Notes: a model not told the origin generated them from the letters alone. 64,000 nucleotides of DNA from an uncultured Solirubrobacterales bacterium (GCA_963774075.1 CAVZDP010000001.1:108572-172571); one strand, 5' to 3'. Positions 28,935 to 40,289 are shown, numbered from the stretch's first letter. Numbers and translations are program-made.

Positions 28935-29141
28935 GTGGCGGCCGAGAGCGTCCGCATCACCCAGCGAAAGAGCGCCAACGGGACGAACCCCGCCCAGCGC
29001 GAGACCCTTCGCTCGCTCGGCCTCGGCCGCATCGGCCGCACGGTCGAGCGCCCGGACAGTCCCCAGCTTCGGGGAATGATCCGCGTGGTCGAGCATCTGG
29101 TGGACGTCGATGCGAACTCCGCCGGAGGCAAGCGTGGCTGA
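28935..29141 (+). CDS. rpmD: 50S ribosomal protein L30
   Basis: GTG start, 68 aa, ..VRITQRKS.....P.QR.TLRSLGL.RIG..V......P...GMI..V.HLV. Confidence 0.92.
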   Translation: MAAESVRITQRKSANGTNPAQRETLRSLGLGRIGRTVERPDSPQLRGMIRVVEHLVDVDANSAGGKRG

Positions 29142-29640
29142 GCGCGTGGGCCTTCACTCGATCGCGCCTCCCAGAGGGGCGCGCAAGCCGCGCAAGCGCA
29201 TCGGCCGAGGCGAGGGGTCCGGCTACGGCAAGACCTCGGGCCGCGGCTCGAAGGGCGCCGGCGCGCGCTCGGGCAGCAAGCGCAAGGCCGGCTACGAGGG
29301 CGGCCAGAACCCGCTCCACATGAGGATGCGGAAGCTGCGCGGGCCGCACATGAAGAAGTCGATGCCGTTCGAGCCTTTCCGGACTCACAGCCAGCCCGTC
29401 AACCTCTCGGACCTCAACCGCTTCGAGGACAACGCCGAAGTGACGCCGGCGACCCTGCGGGAGAAGGGCCTCGCCAAGCGCAGGCGCACACCGGTCAAGA
29501 TCCTCGCGCGGGGCGAGCTCGAGCGAAAAGGGCTCGCGGTCTCCGCCCAGGGCTTCAGCGCCGCTGCGCGTGAGAAGATCGAGGCGGCGGGAGGCTCCTG
29601 CACCGTGGTGAAGCCGGACAGCCGAGGAGACGGATCGTGA
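29134..29640 (+). CDS. rplO: 50S ribosomal protein L15
   Basis: GTG at 29134, 5 nt after GGAGG; ..KRIGRGEGSGYGKTSGRGSKG.. The track start at 29110 is an upstream alternative. Confidence 0.93.
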   Translation: MAERVGLHSIAPPRGARKPRKRIGRGEGSGYGKTSGRGSKGAGARSGSKRKAGYEGGQNPLHMRMRKLRGPHMKKSMPFEPFRTHSQPVNLSDLNRFEDNAEVTPATLREKGLAKRRRTPVKILARGELERKGLAVSAQGFSAAAREKIEAAGGSCTVVKPDSRGDGS

Positions 29641-30905
29641 TCGCGACCATCGCAAATGCTTTCAGCGTTCCGGAGATCCGACGCAAGCTGCTCTTCACCG
29701 CCGCTATCCTGGCGCTCTACAGGATGGGCGCCTACATCCCGGTGCCGTCGATCAACGTCGACGCGATCAACGACGTCGAGGACACCTTCAGCGGCTCGAA
29801 CATCCTCGGCTTCCTGAACCTCTTCTCGGGCGGCGGCCTCCAACGGCTCGCGATCTTCGCACTGGGGATCATGCCCTACATCACGGCCTCGATCATCCTG
29901 CAGCTCCTGACCGTGGTCGTGCCTACGCTCGAGCGCCTTCAGAAGGAAGGGGAGGCCGGGCAGCAGAAGATCACGCAGTACACCCGCTACCTGACCGTCG
30001 GGCTCGCAGCGGGGCAGTCGGTCGGCTACGTGTACTTCTTCCGCTCGATCGGCAGCGGCGGCACGGACGTGATCGGCCAGATCACCTTCAGCAAGATGTT
30101 CCTGATCGTCGTGACTCTGACCGCCGGAACCACGCTCCTGATGTGGATGGGAGAGCTGATTACGCAGCGAGGCATCGGCAACGGGATCTCGCTGATGATC
30201 TTCGCCTCGATCGTGGCGTCACTGCCGAACGGCCTGTCGGCCTGGTGGACGAACCCGGACCAGGTGTTCGTCGTGATGATGCCGTTCATGGCGCTCGCCG
30301 TGATCATCGGCATCGTGTTCATCCAGGAAGGGCAGCGCAGGATCCCCGTTCAGTACGCGAAGCGCGTCATCGGCCGCCGGATGACGGCGGGCGGCTCGAC
30401 CTACCTGCCGCTGCGGGTCAACATGGCCGGGGTGATCCCGGTCATCTTCGCCGCCTCGCTGATGGCCTTCCCGCCGACGATCGGGCAGCTGAGCCAGGCC
30501 GACTGGGCTCAGGACATCGCGGCCTTCTTCAACCCGAACGGCTGGGCGTTCGTCGCCGGCGAGTGCTTCTTCATCCTGATCTTCACCTACTTCTATACGG
30601 CGGTGACGTTCAACCCGGTGGACCAGGCCGACAACCTCAAGAAGTACGGGGGGTTCATCCCGGGGGTGAGACCCGGCCGGCCAACGGCCGAGTATCTCGA
30701 TCGCATCCTCGCTCGGCTCACCTTCCCGGGAGCCCTCTTCCTGGCCAGCGTGGCTGCGCTGCCGACGATACTCATAAGCCAGACGAGCGCCAACTTCTTC
30801 TTCGGCGGCACATCCCTGCTGATCGTGATCGGGGTCGCCCTCGACACGGTCAAGCAGCTCGAGGCGCAGCTCATGATGCGCAACTACGAAGGGTTCCTGA
30901 AGTAG
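29637..30905 (+). CDS. secY: Preprotein translocase subunit SecY
   Basis: GTGA overlap with rplO; a 422-aa 10-TM protein; ..IFALGIMPYITASII.QLL.. Confidence 0.97.
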   Translation: MIATIANAFSVPEIRRKLLFTAAILALYRMGAYIPVPSINVDAINDVEDTFSGSNILGFLNLFSGGGLQRLAIFALGIMPYITASIILQLLTVVVPTLERLQKEGEAGQQKITQYTRYLTVGLAAGQSVGYVYFFRSIGSGGTDVIGQITFSKMFLIVVTLTAGTTLLMWMGELITQRGIGNGISLMIFASIVASLPNGLSAWWTNPDQVFVVMMPFMALAVIIGIVFIQEGQRRIPVQYAKRVIGRRMTAGGSTYLPLRVNMAGVIPVIFAASLMAFPPTIGQLSQADWAQDIAAFFNPNGWAFVAGECFFILIFTYFYTAVTFNPVDQADNLKKYGGFIPGVRPGRPTAEYLDRILARLTFPGALFLASVAALPTILISQTSANFFFGGTSLLIVIGVALDTVKQLEAQLMMRNYEGFLK

Positions 30906-30937
30906 CCCCCATCCGGGCCCGGCGAGACGCTTTCGAG

Positions 30938-31612
30938 ATGCCGGAGTTGAATCTCGTCCTGCTCGGCCCGCCAGGCGCAGGCAAGGGCACTCAGGCGAGG
31001 CGCCTCGTGGACGACTTCGGCCTGCCCTATATCGCGACCGGGGACATGCTGCGGGAAGAGGTGCGCCAGGAGACCGAGCTCGGCGGCAAGGCAAAGGCGT
31101 ACATGGAGCGGGGCGACCTCGTCCCCGACGATCTCATCATCGAGATGATCATGCGGCGGCTCGCGCAGCCGGACACGGCGAACGGCTTCATCCTGGACGG
31201 GTTTCCGCGCACTCAGGGACAGGCCGAGGCGCTGGACGAGGCGCTCGAGAGGTTGGGCCGCTCACTGACGGCGGCCGTGCTCGTCGACGTGAGCGACGAC
31301 GAGGTCACGCGCCGCCTCTCCGGGCGCCGCGTGTGCGTAAAGAACCAGCACAACTTCCACGTCGACTTCGACCCTCCCAAGCGACGTGACCGCTGCGACC
31401 TGGACGGCAGCCGGCTGGTCATCCGCGACGACGACCGCCCGGAGCTCGTACGGCACCGGCTCGAGGAGTACCACGCCAAGACCGAGCCTCTGATCGGGTA
31501 CTACGAGGACCGCAGCATCCTGCGCCGCATCGACGGCACGCGCCCCGCGAGCGAGGTGAGCGACCAGGTCCGCGCCACCCTCGCCGCGGCCCGCCTGGAG
31601 GGACAGGTCTAG
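30938..31612 (+). CDS. adk: Adenylate kinase
   Basis: ATG at 30938; MPELNLVLLGPPGAGKGTQA..L......IATGDMLR..; ..ILDGFPRT..QAEAL. Confidence 0.96.
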   Translation: MPELNLVLLGPPGAGKGTQARRLVDDFGLPYIATGDMLREEVRQETELGGKAKAYMERGDLVPDDLIIEMIMRRLAQPDTANGFILDGFPRTQGQAEALDEALERLGRSLTAAVLVDVSDDEVTRRLSGRRVCVKNQHNFHVDFDPPKRRDRCDLDGSRLVIRDDDRPELVRHRLEEYHAKTEPLIGYYEDRSILRRIDGTRPASEVSDQVRATLAAARLEGQV

Positions 31613-31774
31613 TGGCCTGTCCCATGACGTTCGACCTGAAATGGCGGCTTCGGAGCGCCGCCATGCGGCGTCCTCGGTCGCCCGATAGCGCTGCTATCGG
31701 GGCTCCCTGCGTCCTTGCCTGGCGCCGTCCGAACTTCGCCATTTCCTGGCCAACGTTACGAGACAGACCACTAG
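31609..31774 (+). repeat. 166-bp intergenic element with 21-bp imperfect terminal inverted repeats (MITE-like / long-range stem), family member B
   Basis: CTAGTGGCCTGTCCCATGACG (31609-31629) matches the reverse complement of 31754-31774 at 17 of 21 positions. It contains the core GCGTCCTCGGTCGC, a 9-bp hairpin (CCCGATAGC gct GCTATCGGG), and GGCTCCCTGCGTCCTTGCC. Confidence 0.65.
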
Positions 31775-31805
31775 TGGTCCACCCGTTTTGCGAGAAGGAC
31801 CGTCA

Positions 31806-32579
31806 GTGATCATCCGCAAGACGCCGGAGGAGATCGAGGCGATCGCCGCCGCCGGCGAGGTCGTCGCGCGCTGCCTCACGATGCTGAGTGCGAGCGCCCG
31901 CGCCGGCGCCACGACAGCGGAGCTCGACCGCGCCGCCGAGAAGTTCATCCGCAGCCAGGGGGGCGAGCCGGCGTTCAAGGGCTATCGCGGCTTTCCGGCC
32001 TCGATCTGTACCTCGCCCAACTCGATGGTTGTGCACGGCATCCCGGGGCCCTACACGCTCGAACGTGGAGACATCCTCTCGGTCGACGTCGGCGTGGAGC
32101 TCGACGGCTGGATCGCCGACGCGGCCCTCACGGTGGCCGTGCGCCCCCTCAGCCCCGTGGCGACCAAGCTGCTGCGGGCCACCCGCCAGGCGCTGGAGGC
32201 CGGCGTCGAGCACTGCCGCCCGGGACAGCGGCTCGGCGATGTCTCGAGCGCCGTACAGGAGCGCGTGGAGCAGGACGGCTTTTCGGTCATCCGCTCGCTC
32301 GTCGGCCACGGCATCGGGCGCCAGATGCACGAAGACCCCCAGATCCCCAATTTCGGGGAGCCCGGCAAGGGCCCCCTGATCGAGGAGGGGATGGTCTTCT
32401 GCATCGAGCCGATGGTCTGCGTCGGCGGCCACAGCGTCCGGATGGGCGATGACAACTGGGCTATCTACTCAGAGGACGGCTCTCTGACGGCCCATTTCGA
32501 GCACACCGTGGCGGTCACCGCGGACGGCCCCCGAGTGCTCACCCCATGGCACCTGAAGGCCGAGAAGGCCGCCGCCTGA
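31806..32579 (+). CDS. map: Methionine aminopeptidase type I
   Basis: GTG at 31806, 5 nt after CGAGAAGGAC, gives (M)IIRKTPEEIEAIAAAGEVVA..; ..VHGIPG...L..GDI...D.G....G...D.A.T; ..HGIG...HE.P. Confidence 0.95.
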   Translation: MIIRKTPEEIEAIAAAGEVVARCLTMLSASARAGATTAELDRAAEKFIRSQGGEPAFKGYRGFPASICTSPNSMVVHGIPGPYTLERGDILSVDVGVELDGWIADAALTVAVRPLSPVATKLLRATRQALEAGVEHCRPGQRLGDVSSAVQERVEQDGFSVIRSLVGHGIGRQMHEDPQIPNFGEPGKGPLIEEGMVFCIEPMVCVGGHSVRMGDDNWAIYSEDGSLTAHFEHTVAVTADGPRVLTPWHLKAEKAAA

Positions 32580-32739
32580 GCCCTGGAGCCCTCTGCTAGC
32601 ATTTTCGAGACGTCTGCCGGGTCGCACGGCCCGGGCAGGCTGCGTTAGGCTCTGCGGTTCGTTTCCTGGGACCGCGGAAGCGATCTCTCGATAGCGATTC
32701 CGGCAGCCGCGTGGCCGCCGCGAGAAGGACTGGAGAAAC

Positions 32740-32853
32740 GTGAAGGTCAGAGCATCGGTGAAGCCAATGTGTGAGAAGTGCAAGGTGATCCGCCGCCGCG
32801 GATCCGTGCTCGTGATCTGCAAGAACCCCCGCCACAAGCAGAGGCAGGGCTGA
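32740..32853 (+). CDS. rpmJ: 50S ribosomal protein L36
   Basis: Below the ORF-track size cutoff. Own translation from GTG 32740: (M)[36 protein letters not shown]. Confidence 0.95.
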   Translation: MKVRASVKPMCEKCKVIRRRGSVLVICKNPRHKQRQG

Positions 32854-32915
32854 ATATTGGGCAGCTTCGCTGACACCTACGGTCCAGAACGCCGGCCTAT
32901 GGCCGTCGCCTGAAC

Positions 32916-33299
32916 ATGGCTCGTATCGCCGGAGTAAACATCCCACTCAACAAGCGAGTAGAGGTCGGCCTCACCTACGTGTACGGGCTCGGCCCCTCTC
33001 AGGCCAGGAAGCTCCTCGAGAAGACCAAGGTCGACCCGAACACCTACGTGAAGGACCTCACCGAGGACGAGGTCGTGCGTCTGCGCGAGGCGATCGACGA
33101 AGACCTGATGGTCGAGGGCGATCTGCGCCGGGAACGCTCTCAGGACGTCAAGCGCCTGACCGAAATTGGCGCCTACCGCGGTATGCGCCATCGTCGCGGC
33201 CTGCCGGTGCGCGGCCAGCGGACGAAGACGAACGCTCGCGGGCGCAAGGGTCCGCGGCGGGGCCAGGTCGCGCAGAAGAAGAGGGTCGGTAAGCACTAA
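32916..33299 (+). CDS. rpsM: 30S ribosomal protein S13
   Basis: 127 aa, [23 protein letters not shown]. Confidence 0.97.
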   Translation: MARIAGVNIPLNKRVEVGLTYVYGLGPSQARKLLEKTKVDPNTYVKDLTEDEVVRLREAIDEDLMVEGDLRRERSQDVKRLTEIGAYRGMRHRRGLPVRGQRTKTNARGRKGPRRGQVAQKKRVGKH

Positions 33300-33344
33300 G
33301 TGCGCTCGGCAAGTCGCTACCGCGCCCATAGGCAGGAGCACTAG

Positions 33345-33746
33345 GTGCCTCCAGCACGCGGTAAGAAGGGCAGCCGTGCCCGGCGAAGGGTGCGCAAGAA
33401 CGTTCCGTTCGGCCAGGCCCACATCAAGACGTCGTTCAACAACACGATCGTCACCCTCACCGATAGGGAGGGGAACGTGATCGCGTGGGAGTCGGCCGGC
33501 GGAGCCGGTTTCAAGGGCTCGCGCAAGTCGACCCCGTTCGCGGCGCAGGTGACTGCGGAGTCCGCCGCGCGCAAGGGCATGGAGCACGGCCTGCAGAAGG
33601 TCGAGATTTTCGTCAAGGGCCCAGGATCGGGCCGCGAGACCGCGATCCGGTCGCTTCAGGCGACCGGGCTCGAGATCGCCGGCGTCAAGGACGTTACGCC
33701 TCAGGCTCACAACGGTTGCCGGCCGCGCAAGCGCCGTCGCGTCTGA
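33345..33746 (+). CDS. rpsK: 30S ribosomal protein S11
   Basis: GTG start after GGCAGGAG; ..[16 protein letters not shown]...[17 protein letters not shown].. Confidence 0.97.
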   Translation: MPPARGKKGSRARRRVRKNVPFGQAHIKTSFNNTIVTLTDREGNVIAWESAGGAGFKGSRKSTPFAAQVTAESAARKGMEHGLQKVEIFVKGPGSGRETAIRSLQATGLEIAGVKDVTPQAHNGCRPRKRRRV

Positions 33747-33758
33747 GGGGTTCGGGAG

Positions 33759-34379
33759 TTGGCCAGAGACGTCGGACCGCAGTGCAAGCAGTGCCGCCGG
33801 GAAGGCTTGAAGCTCTTCCTCAAAGGCGAGCGCTGCATGACGGACAAGTGCGCCGTAGAGCGACGGCCATACCCGCCTGGCCAGCACGGCCGTGGGCGAG
33901 TGCGCCAGTCTGAGTACCGCCAGCAGCTTCGCGAGAAACAGCGCGCGCGCCGCTATTACCAGGTGCTCGAGAAGCAGTTCCGCAACTACTACAAGAAGGC
34001 CAGCCGCCAGCCCGGCGTCACCGGAGAGAATCTCCTGAGGCTGCTCGAGCGCCGTCTCGACAACGTGCTCGTGCGGCTCGGCTTCGCGGCGTCACGGCGG
34101 CAGGCGCGCCAGCTCGTGAGCCACGGGCAGTTCGCGGTCAACGGCCGCAGAGTCAACATCCCCTCTTACCAGGTGCGCCCCGGCGACGTCATCTCCGTCA
34201 GGGAGGGCGCCAAAGGCGCCGGCGTGATCCGCGGCGCCACCGAGCTGATCGCCACGGTGCCGCCATGGCTCCAGGCCGATCACGACTCGTTGACTGCGAA
34301 GGTGCTTCGCCTACCCGAGCGAGAAGAGATCAGCGTTCCGGTTCAGGAGCAGCTGATCGTGGAGCTCTACTCCAAGTGA
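33759..34379 (+). CDS. rpsD: 30S ribosomal protein S4
   Basis: TTG start; 206 aa; ..[17 protein letters not shown]...KCA.ERR.YPPGQHG.. Confidence 0.96.
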   Translation: MARDVGPQCKQCRREGLKLFLKGERCMTDKCAVERRPYPPGQHGRGRVRQSEYRQQLREKQRARRYYQVLEKQFRNYYKKASRQPGVTGENLLRLLERRLDNVLVRLGFAASRRQARQLVSHGQFAVNGRRVNIPSYQVRPGDVISVREGAKGAGVIRGATELIATVPPWLQADHDSLTAKVLRLPEREEISVPVQEQLIVELYSK

Positions 34380-34470
34380 GTGAGCTCGCGACACCCTCTC
34401 CACCCGCTCGGTCCTAACTCAACCCGATCGCGGCCTCCACCGCGACCGGCTCCCCGGAGGAACTACGCAA

Positions 34471-35430
34471 GTGTTGGATTTCCAGGTTCCCAAGATCACA
34501 GCAGAGAACGTCGAGGACAACCGCGGCTCGTTCACGGTCGAGCCGCTAGACCGCGGGTTCGGCTACACGTTCGGCAACTCATTGCGGCGCGTGTTGCTGT
34601 CCTCGCTGGCAGGCGCCGCCGTGACGTCCATCCGGATCGAGGGCGTCGCGCACGAGTTCTCGACCATCTCCGGCGTCAAGGAGGACGTCACCGACATCGT
34701 GCTCAATCTGAAGGACATCGTCTGCCGCATGCACGGCGAGGCGGACGAGATCGAGGCTCCGCTCGTCATCACCGGCCCCGGCGAGGTGAAGGCGAAGGAC
34801 ATCGACCTTCCGTCGGGGGTCGAGATCCTCAACCCCGGCGCCCACATAGCCACACTCGAGAAGAAGGCGAAGCTCGAGATGTACCTCACGATCGGCCGCG
34901 GCCGCGGCTACCGCCCGGCCGAGGGCAACAAGTCGCCCGATCACCCCATCGGGGTGATCCCGATCGACTCGATCTTCTCGCCCGTCCGGCGTGTCTCCTA
35001 CGAGGTCGCGCAGGCCCGCGTCGGCCAGCGCACCGACTTCGACAAGCTGACGCTCGACATCGAGACCGACGGATCCGTTGACCCGCAGGCGGCGCTTCGC
35101 GAGGGGGCGGAGGTGCTGATCAAGAGCCTCTCGATCTTCACCGATGCCAGCCGCATCGAGAGCCTGAGCCTGCCTGCCGACGGTGCCGCGGAGCTGGCGG
35201 CGGTCGCGACCAGCCCGGTCGCGGACGGCATGGACGAGATCCTGATCGAGGAGCTCGAGCTCGGCGTTCGCTCATACAACTGCCTCAAGCGCGCCGGCAT
35301 CCAGACCATCGGCGATCTTGTCCAGAAGTCGGAAGGCGAGCTGAGCGCGATCCCCAACTTCGGCCGCAAGAGCATCGACGAGGTGAAGGAAACGCTGCGA
35401 GTGCGCGGGCTCGGCCTGCGCGACGACTAG
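34471..35430 (+). CDS. rpoA: DNA-directed RNA polymerase subunit alpha
   Basis: GTG start; 319 aa; ..G.F.VEPL.RGFGYT.GN.LRR.LLSSL.GAAVT...I.GV.HEFS.I.GV.ED.. Confidence 0.97.
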   Translation: MLDFQVPKITAENVEDNRGSFTVEPLDRGFGYTFGNSLRRVLLSSLAGAAVTSIRIEGVAHEFSTISGVKEDVTDIVLNLKDIVCRMHGEADEIEAPLVITGPGEVKAKDIDLPSGVEILNPGAHIATLEKKAKLEMYLTIGRGRGYRPAEGNKSPDHPIGVIPIDSIFSPVRRVSYEVAQARVGQRTDFDKLTLDIETDGSVDPQAALREGAEVLIKSLSIFTDASRIESLSLPADGAAELAAVATSPVADGMDEILIEELELGVRSYNCLKRAGIQTIGDLVQKSEGELSAIPNFGRKSIDEVKETLRVRGLGLRDD

Positions 35431-35456
35431 CGACCCGGGTGCGTAGGATCCGGCTC

Positions 35457-35810
35457 ATGCGCCACCGCAAGAAGCGAAACAAGCTCTCGCGCGACAGCGG
35501 ACACCGCAAGGCGCTCTTCATGAACCTCTGCACGGAGATCGTTCAGCACGAGCGCGTGAAGACGACTGAGGCGAAGGCGAAGGCCGTCAAGCCGGAAGTC
35601 GAGCGCCTGATCACGCTCGCCAAGCGGGGCGACCTGCATGCGCGACGGCAGGCGCTCGCCGCGCTGAACCAGAACAAGTTCACGGTCCACAAGCTGTTCG
35701 AGGAGATTGCGCCGCGCTATGCGGAGCGCCCCGGCGGCTACACGCGCATCCTGAAGCTCGGGCCTCGGCGCTCCGACGCGACCGAGATGGTCTTCATCGA
35801 GCTAGTGTGA
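35457..35810 (+). CDS. rplQ: 50S ribosomal protein L17
   Basis: ATG at 35457 gives MRHRKKRNKLSRDSGHRKAL.. (canonical L17 N-terminus). The track start at 35439 is an alternative. Confidence 0.95.
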   Translation: MRHRKKRNKLSRDSGHRKALFMNLCTEIVQHERVKTTEAKAKAVKPEVERLITLAKRGDLHARRQALAALNQNKFTVHKLFEEIAPRYAERPGGYTRILKLGPRRSDATEMVFIELV

Positions 35811-35811
35811 C

Positions 35812-36054
35812 GAGAGGCCGCGTAGGCGCCGAAGGCGCCGCAGCGGACTCACGAGACTTTAGGTGTCCGGCGAAGCCGGCTAGATATTCCTTGAGAGGCC
35901 GCGTAGGCGCCGAAGGCGCCGCAGCGGACTCACGAGACTTTAGGTGTCCGGCGAAGCCGGCTAGATATTCCTTGAGAGGCCGCGTAGGCGCCGAAGGCGC
36001 CGCAGCGGACTCACGAGACTTTAGGTGTCCGGCGAAGCCGGCTAGATATTCCTC
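35812..36054 (+). repeat. Array of three head-to-tail 81-bp GTAG-hairpin units
   Basis: Units start at 35812, 35893 and 35974 and are essentially identical, with no spacers. The array sits between the rplQ stop (35810) and the truA start (36076). Confidence 0.95.
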
Positions 36055-36075
36055 GTTGCCCGCCAAGCCATCGGG

Positions 36076-36855
36076 GTGACGGCCTGCAAGCTCATCCTTG
36101 AATACGACGGGCGTGCGTTCGCCGGCTGGGCGGCGCAGCCGGATCTGCGGACGGTGGAGGGCGAGTTGAGCAGGGCGCTCGCCACCGCTCTCGGGAGCGA
36201 GGTGCGGCTGTCGGTCGCCGGACGTACCGACGCCGGCGTGCATGCCTGGGGCCAGGTGGCGAGTTTCGCTCTCCCGCCGAACGCACCGGGGCCGCCGCGG
36301 CTCGTTGCCTCGCTGAACGGGTTGCTGCCGCACGACGTGGCGGCGGTGAGAGCCGAGACCGTGCCGGAGGGATTCGACGCTCGCACGGACGCGCTCTCGC
36401 GCACGTACTGCTACCGCCTGCTCGCCCGCAGCGCTCCAAGCCCCTTCGAGGCCGGCCGGGCGCTCTGGGTGCAATCGCCGGTGGAGGAGGACGTTCTGTC
36501 GCAGTGCGCCGCGGCCCTCGTCGGCAAGCACGACTTCACGGCCTTCACGCCCACCGACACCGATCACGTGCGCTTCGAGCGCGACGTGATGATGACGGAG
36601 TGGCGGCGTACCGGAGACATCTTGGAGTTCTGGATCGAAGCCGACACGTTCATGCGGCACATGGTCAGGAGTCTCGTGGGGACCATGCTCGCTGCGGCTT
36701 CGGGCCGCCTCTCCGTCAGCGACTTCACCCGGCTTCTGGAGGGCGCGCCGCGCAGCGCCGCCGGCCAGACGGCGTCGCCGCATGGCCTCTATCTCGCGTC
36801 GGTCCGCTACCGACCGCCGTCAGACTGGATGCGAAGCCCGCGACTAACATCTTGA
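36076..36855 (+). CDS. truA: tRNA pseudouridine(38-40) synthase TruA
   Basis: GTG start; ..ILEYDGRAFAGWA.QP...TVEGEL..AL......V.L.VAGRTDAGVHA.GQV.. Confidence 0.93.
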   Translation: MTACKLILEYDGRAFAGWAAQPDLRTVEGELSRALATALGSEVRLSVAGRTDAGVHAWGQVASFALPPNAPGPPRLVASLNGLLPHDVAAVRAETVPEGFDARTDALSRTYCYRLLARSAPSPFEAGRALWVQSPVEEDVLSQCAAALVGKHDFTAFTPTDTDHVRFERDVMMTEWRRTGDILEFWIEADTFMRHMVRSLVGTMLAAASGRLSVSDFTRLLEGAPRSAAGQTASPHGLYLASVRYRPPSDWMRSPRLTS

Positions 36856-36859
36856 TCAT

Positions 36860-39806
<2,947 letters not shown>

Positions 39807-39848
39807 GCTCTGCACACATGAAGCCGCACTAGGAGTTGCCCGGGAACT

Positions 39849-40280
39849 GACTTCGAGTTCCCTTATCCGGACGGACAGTTCGACTTCGCGCTCGTAAACT
39901 CGGTGTTCACGCACATGCTTCCCGACGACGCCGAGCGCTACCTGGCCGAGATTCGCCGCGTGCTCAAGCCGGGCGGAAGGTTCGTCGCGAGCTACTTCCT
40001 CCTGAACTCGGAATCGCTGTCGCTAGTGGCGGGGGACCGGGACAAGCGCAAAGACCCGGCGTGGAACGCCCAGGACGCTCGCTTCGACGAGGACCTGGGC
40101 GGCTACCGGGTCGGCAACCGAAAGTCACCCGAGGCGGTCGTCGCCTACGACGAGCCGATGGTGCTCGACTTCTACGAGGACCTCGGCCTTGCCGTCGAGG
40201 AGCCGATCCACTAGGGGCGCTGGTGCGGCCGTGACGCCGACGTCCCCGGCTGGCAGGACCTGATACTCGCTTATCGCTGA
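39849..40280 (+). pseudogene. Class I SAM-dependent methyltransferase remnant (5'-truncated, internal TAG)
   Basis: The frame opens only at 39822 and begins mid-domain (DFEFPYPDGQFDFALVNSVFTHM..LKPGGRF..), so the GxGxG SAM motif I is absent. An in-frame TAG at 40212-40214 is followed by GRWCGRDADVPGWQDLILAYR*, which looks like the native C-terminus. Confidence 0.6.
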
Positions 40281-40289
40281 CGGGTTTAC

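Noticed and set aside
35812-36054. Could the 81-bp tandem units (and those at 47200-47472) be CRISPR arrays?
   Set aside because: The units abut each other with no unique spacers. The period equals the repeat length, no cas genes are nearby, and solo copies occur elsewhere. This behaves as a repeat element family rather than CRISPR.
35807-36079. 90-aa ORF (MTRGRVGAEGAAADSRDFRCPAKPARYSLRG...) read through the repeats
   Set aside because: It stays open only because 81 is divisible by 3. The sister array at 47200 has stops in all frames (for example GAC TGA). Conservation follows base-pairing (compensatory stem changes) rather than codons.
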